Below, in pieces: positions 8,742-17,651 of a stretch of DNA of 20,000 nt. The translations under genes were made by a program, and so were the position numbers. Position 1 is the stretch's first letter; the number at the start of each line of letters is the position of its first letter. This DNA is from an uncultured virus (IMG/VR IMGVR_UViG_3300017786_003062) (Duplodnaviria > Heunggongvirae > Uroviricota > Caudoviricetes): IMG/VR virus record IMGVR_UViG_3300017786_003062; one strand, 5' to 3'. The notes under the pieces were generated by a model. The model had not been told where the DNA came from. It saw nothing but the letters and a program-made list of their open reading frames with translations, and ran no database searches.

Positions 8742-8898
8742 AGGACATATTGATTGTAGCGATGAAACAGCATTACAATCAGCTGACAGTTATTTTAAAA
8801 GGCTGTGGAGAGCAGGAAGTGATGGTGCTCCTTTATATGCACGGGAAGAGGGATTCGAAGAGGCTTACTTAAATAAAAAACTAAGTTCTGGACAATAG
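8692..8898 (+). CDS. Small hypothetical protein (68 aa)
   Basis: ATG 8692 preceded by AAGGA; protein-like helical sequence MDEAELKEAYRLFWMVKGHIDC...; it fills the gap between the convergent blocks. Confidence 0.6.
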   Translation: MDEAELKEAYRLFWMVKGHIDCSDETALQSADSYFKRLWRAGSDGAPLYAREEGFEEAYLNKKLSSGQ

Positions 8899-9989
8899 TC
8901 TAATACGTTTTCGTTTCTATTTTTATCTAAATCTTTTGTATACTTAACAAACGTGTCTAGCAGTTTACTATCGTCTTTGCTAGTGTACTTTATATTAGGA
9001 AATCTAAAATCAATTTTGTCTAATACGCTGTTAGGTAAAACTTGCGGATTTAAGTAAGGCGGTGTTACTACAACATTTGTAAAATATATTTCCCAGTTGT
9101 CTTGTTTATTTTCTTCAAACCACCAATACAGTTTATCTAAGTGTGCAATGTTATATGCCATAACAGTTGTAGTAATAATTACTCTAGTTGCAAAATTAAA
9201 CTGTTTTAAATTTTCATTTAGTTCTGCAAACGTAAAGTTTTTACCACCTCTAATATATTCGTATAGTCCTTCAGTACCTTCAACACTTATATTCCATTTA
9301 GTTTGACCAAACTGTTTTGCAAGTTCATGTACTTCCTCATCTACAATAGTACCATTAGTAGTCCAGTCAAGTGTAATGTTTTTAGCGATACCAAGATCAA
9401 TAAACTTTTGTAATATTATTTTGTTAGCAGGTTCCATGTAAGGTTCCCCACCTAGTATGCTTAGATATTGTAAGTTCATAAATGGAGTAGGATCTTCAAA
9501 CAACCGTTCTATAATTTGTTCGCTTTTATTTGTGTAACCAAACTCTGGACTGTTAACAGGGCGTTGATAATTGCTGTCCAAATTATGTAATTTGATATCA
9601 TCTTTAACCCAGGCACTAGAAGCAAGTCCACTACACATACGACATTTCAAATTACAAATATTACTCATATTAAACTCCAAAAAGTAGATATCTGTGAAGT
9701 TTTTTGAGTAGTCGTAATTGGTATTTTCCAACATTGGATTGAGTGTATCACGGAAGAATAAACGTCTGCTATGACCTGCAGATTCTTCTTTTAACGTGCA
9801 TTGTTGACAAGCTGGCGGTAACACTCCATTACGGAAGCTATCCTTTGTGTATGACGCTGTAACGCTGTCTAAGACGGTGTTTAAAGGTGTTTTAAGCACG
9901 TTACCATAGCGTTCTTTATACACACAGCAGGGTACAATATCACCATTAAAGCGTACTGTAATACTATGCCAAGGAGCAAAACATTTCAT
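8865..9989 (-). CDS. N-terminal twitch-domain radical SAM protein (subfamily C)
   Basis: MKCFAPW...GDIVPCC...CQQC, then CNLKCRMC, LGGEP, TTNG, ISVEG. Confidence 0.92.
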   Translation of the reverse strand: MKCFAPWHSITVRFNGDIVPCCVYKERYGNVLKTPLNTVLDSVTASYTKDSFRNGVLPPACQQCTLKEESAGHSRRLFFRDTLNPMLENTNYDYSKNFTDIYFLEFNMSNICNLKCRMCSGLASSAWVKDDIKLHNLDSNYQRPVNSPEFGYTNKSEQIIERLFEDPTPFMNLQYLSILGGEPYMEPANKIILQKFIDLGIAKNITLDWTTNGTIVDEEVHELAKQFGQTKWNISVEGTEGLYEYIRGGKNFTFAELNENLKQFNFATRVIITTTVMAYNIAHLDKLYWWFEENKQDNWEIYFTNVVVTPPYLNPQVLPNSVLDKIDFRFPNIKYTSKDDSKLLDTFVKYTKDLDKNRNENVLDYCPELSFLFK

Positions 9990-11113
9990 ATTTTGGTTAC
10001 CTCTTTTACCTTCAAATTATCACCAAAAACAAAGATAAAATGTTCCTGTGTTTCGATGTGGTATCCTAATACATTTATGTAGTCTTTGTGTATAATAGGT
10101 CTACCAAAAATTAAACCTTTGAAAGTTTCGTCTTTAACAATATACCCTTGATCGTCAATTACTATAACAGGACAACTAGGTGTTCCGCTTGGAAAGAAGT
10201 ACGCATTGCCTTTGTATTCAATACCACATCTAAATCTATATTTGCCACCAAAGTCTAATTTGATATCAAACTGTGTAGTTTCTTTTGTAACTGTATCAAA
10301 TACTAATCCCCAGTTACTATCATTAGCATGTTCATCACCGTAAGGTACAGCAACAATTTTATCACCTAGTAATACACCGCAGTTATATTTTTTAGCAAAG
10401 TCTACTCCGTCGATAGTATGATACGTAGCAGTATTTGTTTCTGTATCAAACTCTACAATAGTGTTAAGTCCTTTAGTTTCTCCAAACGGTAAACTGTATA
10501 ATGTATTACCTTTAACAATAATGTCTGTGTACTTTCTAGTAATATTAGGATCAACATCTAATTCATAACTTTGATATTGTTCACCATCAAAACTTAAAAG
10601 CGTATTGTAACCAGGTTCATCGCCTCTAGGCATACTCCAATATCGTCCGTTGCAGTACACAGTTCCCATATGTAACTTTTTACCTTTAATAGGCAACTCA
10701 TGTGTTTTAATTATTCCGTCAATGTACAATCCAAAGTTTGTATCTTCATATCCTAATGGAAAACTAAATGCAGTCTTTCCGTTTGTTGCTACACTATAAA
10801 ATTGTCCTTTACCTTTGAATGGTAATGTATGATAGTAAGGTGTTGTGCCACGTAGTTCTACAACAGTATTGAATTCGTCCCAAATACCATATGGAAGAAA
10901 CCAACTGCTATCTTTAATTTGTGCAACAGCATTAGTCTTGCTAGTTGCTGGTAGCAAATCTAAATTAATATAATCACCTTTGTAAAATACTTTACTGTAG
11001 TCTTTACATTTTTCTGTAGCAAACGGAGGGCTCAGTAATTCATTGTTATGCTCAACTAGAAGCATATGCTTAATAGATTGTTCTTTGTAAAAGTCTTGAA
11101 ATGCTTTATACAT
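9986..11113 (-). CDS. Beta-propeller (kelch-like repeat) protein
   Basis: Repeats of roughly 45-50 aa with the core (G/N)-x-hydrophobic-aromatic-x-x-P-x-G: SSWFLPYG, TAFSFPLG, GRYWSMPRG, NTLYSLPFG, DKIVAVPYG, GNAYFFPSG. Confidence 0.75.
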   Translation of the reverse strand: MYKAFQDFYKEQSIKHMLLVEHNNELLSPPFATEKCKDYSKVFYKGDYINLDLLPATSKTNAVAQIKDSSWFLPYGIWDEFNTVVELRGTTPYYHTLPFKGKGQFYSVATNGKTAFSFPLGYEDTNFGLYIDGIIKTHELPIKGKKLHMGTVYCNGRYWSMPRGDEPGYNTLLSFDGEQYQSYELDVDPNITRKYTDIIVKGNTLYSLPFGETKGLNTIVEFDTETNTATYHTIDGVDFAKKYNCGVLLGDKIVAVPYGDEHANDSNWGLVFDTVTKETTQFDIKLDFGGKYRFRCGIEYKGNAYFFPSGTPSCPVIVIDDQGYIVKDETFKGLIFGRPIIHKDYINVLGYHIETQEHFIFVFGDNLKVKEVTKI

Positions 11114-12332
11114 TATTTAGATCCACAGTATGTACTACTTGTTCTTTTACTGTATCAAAAACTAATACAGTTTGAAATGATGCACTTTCTCCATATGGAA
11201 ATGCAAAAATTACATCTTCATGTATTAAACAGTTGTTATACTTTTCTATTGTAGTTGAGTCTTTAAAATAATCTCCTACATCTATAGTATAGTACGAATC
11301 GTCTTTAGTGTCAACTACTAATATTTCTGCAAGGTCTCCTTGACTCTTCCAAGTTTCTATAGGTTCGCATACACAACCACCTCGAGGAATGTAATATAAT
11401 TTTCCTTGGCTGTTTTCTACACCAGCAAAGTATTTTTTACTTTCTTTTCCTATATGCAAATCTTGTGTGTACCATGCATCAATGTTGCTGTCAATGATAA
11501 GCATTTCACTCCAGTCTTCATCATGTCCTGCAGGTGGAAAATAAATCTTCCCATTACGTGCAACAGTATGTGAATAATACATTCTGCTTGTTTCTTTTAA
11601 TCCTGTGTTTTCACTAAACCAACGTGTTCCGTCAAAACGTAATAAAGTATCAAACTCTGGGTTTTCGCTGTATGGCGGAGCATATAATTTACGTCCTACT
11701 TTTGCTAACGTAGTAAATTTTTTATTAGTGTATTGTATATCAGCTACGTCTAACCAATGGTTACGCATATCAATAATTTCGTATTTCATAGTGTTACAAT
11801 CGTAATGAATTCTATGATGGAACATAGGAGGATCAGGTGCTTCACCGCGAGGTACTCCGTAAATAATTCCATCTATCATTTGTGTAGTATGCCATTTTTT
11901 ACAATCTTCAATTGGTACTTCTATATGCACATGCGTTAGTGTATGGTCATTTAGATTAAGATGCATAGCCCAACTAAACGGTTCATGTTCTCCGTAAGGT
12001 AATGCTACAATTTCATTACCGTGTATATGTCCTTGTATGTATTTGCCTTTGCCTTTAGGAGATACTTCAATGTATTCTATAGCATCTGTTTCTGTATCAA
12101 CAACTAGGATCTTACTTTCGTTATATGGTAAGAAGTAAATTAAGTTACGGTAAACAATACCATTCTGCCACTTTTCTGTAGACTCGTCAACATCAAGTTT
12201 AATTTTTGTAATATCATATGTAGTTGGATCCATTTTAAGCATATAGTCAATGCTTTCGTTTAATCCAAATGGTGGAATGTAGATCATTCCATTACTACCT
12301 AGTGTAGCGTAACTAAAGGCTTGCGGGGTCAA
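11106..12332 (-). CDS. Beta-propeller (kelch-like repeat) protein, about 8 blades
   Basis: Eight repeats: GMIYIPPFG, NLIYFLPYN, NEIVALPYG, GIIYGVPRG, RKLYAPPYS, GKIYFPPAG, GKLYYIPRG, DVIFAFPYG. Likely start TTG 12332 (GGAG 6 nt upstream) rather than GTG 12350. Confidence 0.78.
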   Translation of the reverse strand: MTPQAFSYATLGSNGMIYIPPFGLNESIDYMLKMDPTTYDITKIKLDVDESTEKWQNGIVYRNLIYFLPYNESKILVVDTETDAIEYIEVSPKGKGKYIQGHIHGNEIVALPYGEHEPFSWAMHLNLNDHTLTHVHIEVPIEDCKKWHTTQMIDGIIYGVPRGEAPDPPMFHHRIHYDCNTMKYEIIDMRNHWLDVADIQYTNKKFTTLAKVGRKLYAPPYSENPEFDTLLRFDGTRWFSENTGLKETSRMYYSHTVARNGKIYFPPAGHDEDWSEMLIIDSNIDAWYTQDLHIGKESKKYFAGVENSQGKLYYIPRGGCVCEPIETWKSQGDLAEILVVDTKDDSYYTIDVGDYFKDSTTIEKYNNCLIHEDVIFAFPYGESASFQTVLVFDTVKEQVVHTVDLNNV

Positions 12333-12768
12333 ATTTATCTCCAAATGCACTTGTTAAATCAGAATGTAGTTTAGTCATGATTTGTTCTTCGTTGTATAAC
12401 CCAACGTTATCCCAATCTACCATATACATTTTATCACCGTCAATCATAATATTACTTAGTACCCAGTCGTAGTGTGCATACGGACTAGTTTCATTGATAG
12501 TAAACTTACAAAAGTCGTAAATCTTTTTTATAAACTGTGGTGTGTGAGCAAACTCACTTGCCGGTGTACCAGGAACTTTGTGATATTCAATAAACATCTT
12601 TTCGTCATCAACGCCCCAATCAATTACCCAGCCTTCCATAACTTCATCAAGTATAATAATATGTTCTTCAAGTCTTTCTCGATCAATCACAGTCCATTCT
12701 TTACGGAACCTGTCTTCAAGCTCAAATACTTTTCTACCCCATTCGGTATTTTCTTTAATTAATTTCAT
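12313..12768 (-). CDS. Minimal protein-kinase-like (APH/RIO/Kdo-type) phosphotransferase
   Basis: Catalytic loop HYDWVLSNIM (HxDxxxxN), metal-binding VDWD (DFG equivalent) and hinge-like IEYHKVPG; only 151 aa. Confidence 0.75.
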   Translation of the reverse strand: MKLIKENTEWGRKVFELEDRFRKEWTVIDRERLEEHIIILDEVMEGWVIDWGVDDEKMFIEYHKVPGTPASEFAHTPQFIKKIYDFCKFTINETSPYAHYDWVLSNIMIDGDKMYMVDWDNVGLYNEEQIMTKLHSDLTSAFGDKFDPASL

Positions 12769-13828
12769 AAGCCTTTGCCACCTCTGGCAAGTAATCTTTA
12801 ATGTACATCTTACGCCAATTATCTTGCTTTGTTATTTGTCTTATGAAGTGTTCAATAATTTTAGGATCACTGGGATGATCTGCCCATCCGTCAACATCTG
12901 GATGTATTCCTTTAAACTGTTCCTTTAAACTATCAGGAGCATTTTTAACATGTAACCACTCTGGAAGAATTAATAAGTTATCGTAAATTTTAAAATTATT
13001 CTTAGTAGCATATTCTTTAAGCTCGTCATAGTATAACGCATTAAGAATACTAAGTGTTGGTGTTACATCAACTTTACAAAACTCTGCATACTTTTGTGCA
13101 TTAACTTCTATTTCGTCCCATTTACTTCCGCTTCTAATGTAATTAATTTTATCACTTGCGGCATCTAAGCTAAGACTCATAACTACTAATTTAAATCTCT
13201 TTAGTAGTTTCTCAATTCTAGGGTTCCATAACGTTCCGTTAGTATTAAATCTAACTACTACACTTGGATCAAGTCTTTCTAAAAACTTATCTAAGTGTCT
13301 AACCATCATAGGTTCGCCACCTGTTAGATAAACTTCTCTAATAGGCAAGTCATCAAACTTTTTCATTGTTTCTTCTGATGCCCAATTAAAGTTTGGAACT
13401 TCAAGCACTCCGTGTAATGGAACAATACCGGCCTTCTTCATTTCGATAGCTTCTTCGGCAATACTACTACTGCTCATTTCCCAACAGCTAACACATTTAA
13501 GATTACAACTATTACCAAATCTAATATCAAGATGACTTAGTCCAGGACCATAAAAGTTTCTAACGTATCTAGTACCGTCTGGTTTTACTCTAGTACGCAT
13601 ACTGTCAATACCTTGTAGTTCTTGTTGTTCACAACGTGTACAAGCATCTGGCCATTTACCTTCTTCCATCTCCTTAACAGTCTTTTTATGAAAGTCACTG
13701 TCATGCCATTCTTGTGGGGTATGTGTTTTAATATTTTCTTTATTAGTTTGTTCAAGGCTAACACAACATAGACGATATTGTCCATCTGATCGTACACAAA
13801 CTTGATTGTCTAAGTATTTACATCTCAC
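12755..13828 (-). CDS. N-terminal twitch-domain radical SAM protein (subfamily C)
   Basis: MRCKYL...GQYRLCC...CTRC, then LDIRFGNSCNLKCVSC, LTGGEP, NTNG, LSLDA. Confidence 0.92.
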   Translation of the reverse strand: MRCKYLDNQVCVRSDGQYRLCCVSLEQTNKENIKTHTPQEWHDSDFHKKTVKEMEEGKWPDACTRCEQQELQGIDSMRTRVKPDGTRYVRNFYGPGLSHLDIRFGNSCNLKCVSCWEMSSSSIAEEAIEMKKAGIVPLHGVLEVPNFNWASEETMKKFDDLPIREVYLTGGEPMMVRHLDKFLERLDPSVVVRFNTNGTLWNPRIEKLLKRFKLVVMSLSLDAASDKINYIRSGSKWDEIEVNAQKYAEFCKVDVTPTLSILNALYYDELKEYATKNNFKIYDNLLILPEWLHVKNAPDSLKEQFKGIHPDVDGWADHPSDPKIIEHFIRQITKQDNWRKMYIKDYLPEVAKAYEIN

Positions 13829-14795
13829 CGCAGGTTACCTCACATATTTTAAATCTGTTTTTACTTGGCATTAATAATTCTTCACCTTCAATTATATCTG
13901 TTAATGATCTATCGTTTACATTTGGCCATACAATATCATTTTGTTGTTTAGCATACGGACTATTAATGTCTTTAGGCCAACGGTCACTTAATAAGTAACA
14001 ACAAGGTAATACTTCACCTATATGGTTAATTTGTATTTTTCTTTTGTTTTGCCATTTGCATTTTATAGTAGTTTCGCTAAAGTTTTTAATTTTTTCTAAT
14101 CTTTCAACTTGGTCAAGATGTTTACTATCATATTTAACTACACGAGCTTCGTCTTTTTTATTTGCTTTAAATTTTTCAATAGCACCGTCAACTATACTAT
14201 TAAGAGCAGTAAAAGTATAACCACCATTAATGTCAAATTTTAAAAAGCCCATGTCTTTGCTTAACTGTTCTACTTCTTCTAACTGATGTGCATTATGTTC
14301 AAACACTAGCATACGCCAACGTGCTTTACCACCGGCTTGTATAAACGCTTTAGCGTTATTCATAATGCGTTCCCATATAACTCCTCGTCTGTACAAATGA
14401 TTAGTATCTTCTAATCCGTCTATACTCCAAGTAACGCCACTAGGTTGCTTAAATTTCTTTAATACGTTTGCTAGTGCAACATATTGTTCTGGCATACCTA
14501 CACCACCATTAGTATGAATCATAATTTGTATATCTTCTGAAGCGGCATATTCAAGTGCTTCAACCAAAATAGGATTCATTAATGCATCACCATAATTACC
14601 ATTAAATATTATTTCATTAGTAGTAGCATTATCTATGATATTTTTCCATGTTTCCATAGTCATGTGGCTTAATGGCATTGAAGGATTTACCTTAACACCA
14701 CCTAAATTTCTACTACAATTTCCGCACATAGAATTACAATGACTTGTGAAATCAACGACAATCGCATCTAGTGTATCAGCAGTTAGGTAAGGCAT
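13818..14795 (-). CDS. Radical SAM protein, subfamily B (paralog of 4846-5844)
   Basis: CNSMCGNC, NGNYGDA, HTNG, WSIDGLEDTNHLYR, MLVFEHNAHQ; C-terminal C...GEVLPCC...CEVTC. Start reassigned to ATG 14795 (MPYLTAD), which matches the paralog length and removes the overlap with the divergent gene; 14825 is also possible. Confidence 0.9.
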   Translation of the reverse strand: MPYLTADTLDAIVVDFTSHCNSMCGNCSRNLGGVKVNPSMPLSHMTMETWKNIIDNATTNEIIFNGNYGDALMNPILVEALEYAASEDIQIMIHTNGGVGMPEQYVALANVLKKFKQPSGVTWSIDGLEDTNHLYRRGVIWERIMNNAKAFIQAGGKARWRMLVFEHNAHQLEEVEQLSKDMGFLKFDINGGYTFTALNSIVDGAIEKFKANKKDEARVVKYDSKHLDQVERLEKIKNFSETTIKCKWQNKRKIQINHIGEVLPCCYLLSDRWPKDINSPYAKQQNDIVWPNVNDRSLTDIIEGEELLMPSKNRFKICEVTCGEM

Positions 14796-14808
14796 AAGTA
14801 TATTTAAC
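14793..14808. promoter_or_regulatory. Second divergent junction with back-to-back late-promoter-like motifs: CATAAGTA (+, 14793-14800) and GTTAAATA (-, 14801-14808)
   Basis: Same crossed arrangement as at 205-226. The minus-strand TAAATA ends 5 nt before ATG 14795. Confidence 0.4.
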
Positions 14809-14834
14809 AGATAGTTTAATGACATAGTAGAGTT

Positions 14835-15533
14835 ATGACAGCAGATATAGAACACATAAAACGTAGAAAAGACATTGTTACTGTAAAGTATCCAGAGCAA
14901 TTTGACCCTAAATGGGTTATAATGGAAAGTGGCTGGCCTTGTTTTAGGCTAAGTGCATTAGATAACCAGCCTTGGAAAGAAATGCACAAAGAAGCTGAAG
15001 CACTTGCAGACAAGTTTCATTTACACAGAGAAACTACATATGGCAAAGGTTGGAAAAGTCTAACACTACACGGACTAAATGAAGATACTCAAAGTTTAAA
15101 CACTTACGGTGATAGACAAGAATCAATTAAACAGCTAGATTGGACTTGGGTAGCAGACGAATGTCCTGTTACTAAAAAGTTTTTAACAGATGTGTGGCCT
15201 GCAGAGTTTTTAAATCGTGTAAGATTTATGTTACTTGAACCAGGTGGATACATTCTTCCACACCAAGATAGGTCAGATGAAGAAAAGCGTTTGAGTGTTT
15301 GTAATATTAGTCTAAACAATCCAGAAAATTGTAACTTTATTTTTAAAGACCACGGTATAGTTCCGTTTGAAGACCAAGGTAGTGCGTTCCTTATGGACAT
15401 ATCAAACGTACATGCAGTATATAACGATAGTGATACGCCTCGTATACATATGATTATACATTATGAACTAGGCAGACGTATTAGAGATTTCTTTTATGTA
15501 CTAAGACAAAGCTATTATACTAATCAGGGGTAA
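14835..15533 (+). CDS. AspH-like 2OG-Fe(II) dioxygenase
   Basis: GWKSLTLHG, CPVT, RVRFMLLEPGGYILPHQD (HxD) and HAVYNDSDTPRIHMIIH (distal His and 2OG-binding Arg). Confidence 0.88.
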   Translation: MTADIEHIKRRKDIVTVKYPEQFDPKWVIMESGWPCFRLSALDNQPWKEMHKEAEALADKFHLHRETTYGKGWKSLTLHGLNEDTQSLNTYGDRQESIKQLDWTWVADECPVTKKFLTDVWPAEFLNRVRFMLLEPGGYILPHQDRSDEEKRLSVCNISLNNPENCNFIFKDHGIVPFEDQGSAFLMDISNVHAVYNDSDTPRIHMIIHYELGRRIRDFFYVLRQSYYTNQG

Positions 15534-15534
15534 C

Positions 15535-17004
15535 ATGAAAGACTGGAATAGCATCACAGCTGATAGATACTACGAGAATCTCAACCTTGACAACCGTGTT
15601 GGTGTAGGTATTCTTGATATTAGTCGCGACATACCAAATGCTACAGTACAAAAACGTTCTTTTGATATGACATACTTTTATATCAATCGCATGTTAAAGA
15701 TGGGCATGTGTAATTACGTAGGATTTCATAAACGTGTTGAAACAATTCTTGAAGAAGCACTAGCAAAAGACAAAGAGTTTGCAATGGTAGCATGTCAAGG
15801 ACTGTTATTGTTTAGAGGACCAAGTTTAGTGCAACAAAGTGTGGAATATGCTGAAAACAATCCGCAGTTTTTTGTAGTTGGTCACATCATGGACAAAAAG
15901 AATCAACATTATCTTACTAAAGGTGCATACCCTGGGTTACATAGACAATACTTGTTTGTAAATTTAAGCAAATGGGTTGAACTAGGAAAGCCAGCATTTG
16001 ATGAGATGGGTGTTTTCTGGGACAGAAAACCGGAGTTGCAAAATTATTGTCTAAGTGAAGATACTATTCATAGTAATTACACACCTAAGTGGATTAAAAA
16101 CATGCAAGGTACAAGTAAGTATGCTACAACTAGCGATGGTTCTAATTGGATTGATATTGCTATGCGTAAAAACATACAGATTGATAATTTAGACAACGAC
16201 ATGCGAGCCTGCAAAGTATTTTTATATCCTTATAGTGATTCAGATAAGTTAGGTGCAGTATGGTACAACAAACAAAGCCCTATAGTAGATGAATTAACTA
16301 ATCAAAGTCAAAAAGCCTGGATTAGAAAACAAGCATACCAAGAAGAGATAGAAAAGAATAGAGTATATGCGTTTAACACAGAAACTTTAAGTAGTGAAGG
16401 AGTAAGGACAGGCGGAAAACTAATCGATCATTTGTTTAGTGCGGCCGCAGGATTTAAACCACTTGCAATATTAAATGCAAACGGCTTTCATGAAGGTACT
16501 ACAGTACATTACTTTGATTGGTGCGAAGCAAGTTTAAACTATAAGAAACATTTATTAGAAACTTGGGACGGTTACGATTTAGACAAGTGGTTAATAGAAA
16601 ATGATTTAGATTATAACTTTAGTTCTACGTACAGAGGAAACTATAAAAAGTTTTGGGAGCAAGAACTAAAAGACTTTGGAGGCTCATTAGCATTTCAAAG
16701 ACTATGGAGTAGGTACAGAGACCTTAAACATGAGTTTCATGTAGTAGATCTTATATATGATAATACTAAACTGTTTGATGTTATTAATAGTGTACATGGT
16801 ACTAAGGTAATGTGGACTACTAACATATGGTCAAGTGAAATGTTACATTGGAATGTAGAGCCAGAAGAGTTAGAACAGCAATGGTTAAAGTTTGAAGCAC
16901 AAATACCAAACGACCTTGTACTATATGGACATGATTATATTGCAGTTGATATGAATTCACGAGTGCGTGACAACGTACAGTTAACACACCCGAGGTACGC
17001 CTAA
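15535..17004 (+). CDS. Hypothetical 489-aa protein, probably a two-domain enzyme
   Basis: Long clean ORF coupled to both neighbours. Weak hints of a GT-like N-half (HRQYLFVNLSKW) and a Rossmann/methyltransferase-like C-half (FSAAAGFK...VHYFDW...VVDL). Function not assignable. Confidence 0.8.
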   Translation: MKDWNSITADRYYENLNLDNRVGVGILDISRDIPNATVQKRSFDMTYFYINRMLKMGMCNYVGFHKRVETILEEALAKDKEFAMVACQGLLLFRGPSLVQQSVEYAENNPQFFVVGHIMDKKNQHYLTKGAYPGLHRQYLFVNLSKWVELGKPAFDEMGVFWDRKPELQNYCLSEDTIHSNYTPKWIKNMQGTSKYATTSDGSNWIDIAMRKNIQIDNLDNDMRACKVFLYPYSDSDKLGAVWYNKQSPIVDELTNQSQKAWIRKQAYQEEIEKNRVYAFNTETLSSEGVRTGGKLIDHLFSAAAGFKPLAILNANGFHEGTTVHYFDWCEASLNYKKHLLETWDGYDLDKWLIENDLDYNFSSTYRGNYKKFWEQELKDFGGSLAFQRLWSRYRDLKHEFHVVDLIYDNTKLFDVINSVHGTKVMWTTNIWSSEMLHWNVEPEELEQQWLKFEAQIPNDLVLYGHDYIAVDMNSRVRDNVQLTHPRYA

Positions 17005-17651
17005 TGGAAATGAAGCGTTATATAGAAAAGCACGACCAAGCAGACTTAGGTTGGGCAGTTAAAAAGTTATGCAAGGTTAATCCATACTCAATGCAAAGTT
17101 GGTACGCTGACTTAGAAAGAGATTATAGTGATTGGAAGTTTGTTATAGGAGAACAGCAACACGTATGGCAGTTTCCTATTAGTGATCCTGAAGCAAAGAC
17201 AGGACATCGTCTAATGGACGATACTGCATACTATACACTATGTTGGAACAGTAACGAACCAGGACCTAAGCCATTTGAACAAGGTTGTGCAAAGCCAGAG
17301 TATCGAGACAACGACAATGATGAACTTAACCCAAGAGAATGCTTTAAAGGTTATGCACTAGACGTTGTAAATAATTTGCCAATGCGTAGTAAGAAGTGGT
17401 TAGTAACTATTCATACTCCAGGCACTAAACTAATTACACACCAAGACAGTCCAGATAAACTTCGTGTACACATTCCTATACACACTAATGAAGATAGTAA
17501 TTGGATTATAGGTGGCGAAACATATCACATGGAACCAGGTTGGGCATATCTTGTTAATACAACTATTCCGCATAGTGTGGAAAACAAAGGTAGTACAAAT
17601 AGAATACATTTATACGGAAAGGTTTGGACAGATGATTGCCGTAAGTTATAG
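17004..17651 (+). CDS. AspH-like 2OG-Fe(II) dioxygenase
   Basis: PGTKLITHQD, RVHIPIHTN, YLVNTTIPHSVENKGSTNRIHL. Confidence 0.88.
   Translation: MEMKRYIEKHDQADLGWAVKKLCKVNPYSMQSWYADLERDYSDWKFVIGEQQHVWQFPISDPEAKTGHRLMDDTAYYTLCWNSNEPGPKPFEQGCAKPEYRDNDNDELNPRECFKGYALDVVNNLPMRSKKWLVTIHTPGTKLITHQDSPDKLRVHIPIHTNEDSNWIIGGETYHMEPGWAYLVNTTIPHSVENKGSTNRIHLYGKVWTDDCRKL

Noticed and set aside
2975..14795. Assigning the rSAMs to known pathways (MoaA, PqqE, NirJ, QueE/7-deazaguanine DNA modification, anaerobic sulfatase maturase) or a classical RiPP cluster
   Set aside because: No partner genes (moaC, pqqABCD, queCD/folE/dpdA, sulfatase), and no RRE domain, peptidase, exporter or clear precursor in the window; no gene symbols were assigned.
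14796..14900. N-terminal extension of the 13818-14900 ORF
   Set aside because: It overlaps the divergent gene starting at 14835, and the paralog at 4846 begins at a position equivalent to ATG 14795.
17512..17631. N-terminal extension of the phosphatase ORF
   Set aside because: It lies entirely within the upstream dioxygenase catalytic region; ATG 17632 gives a normal short overlap.
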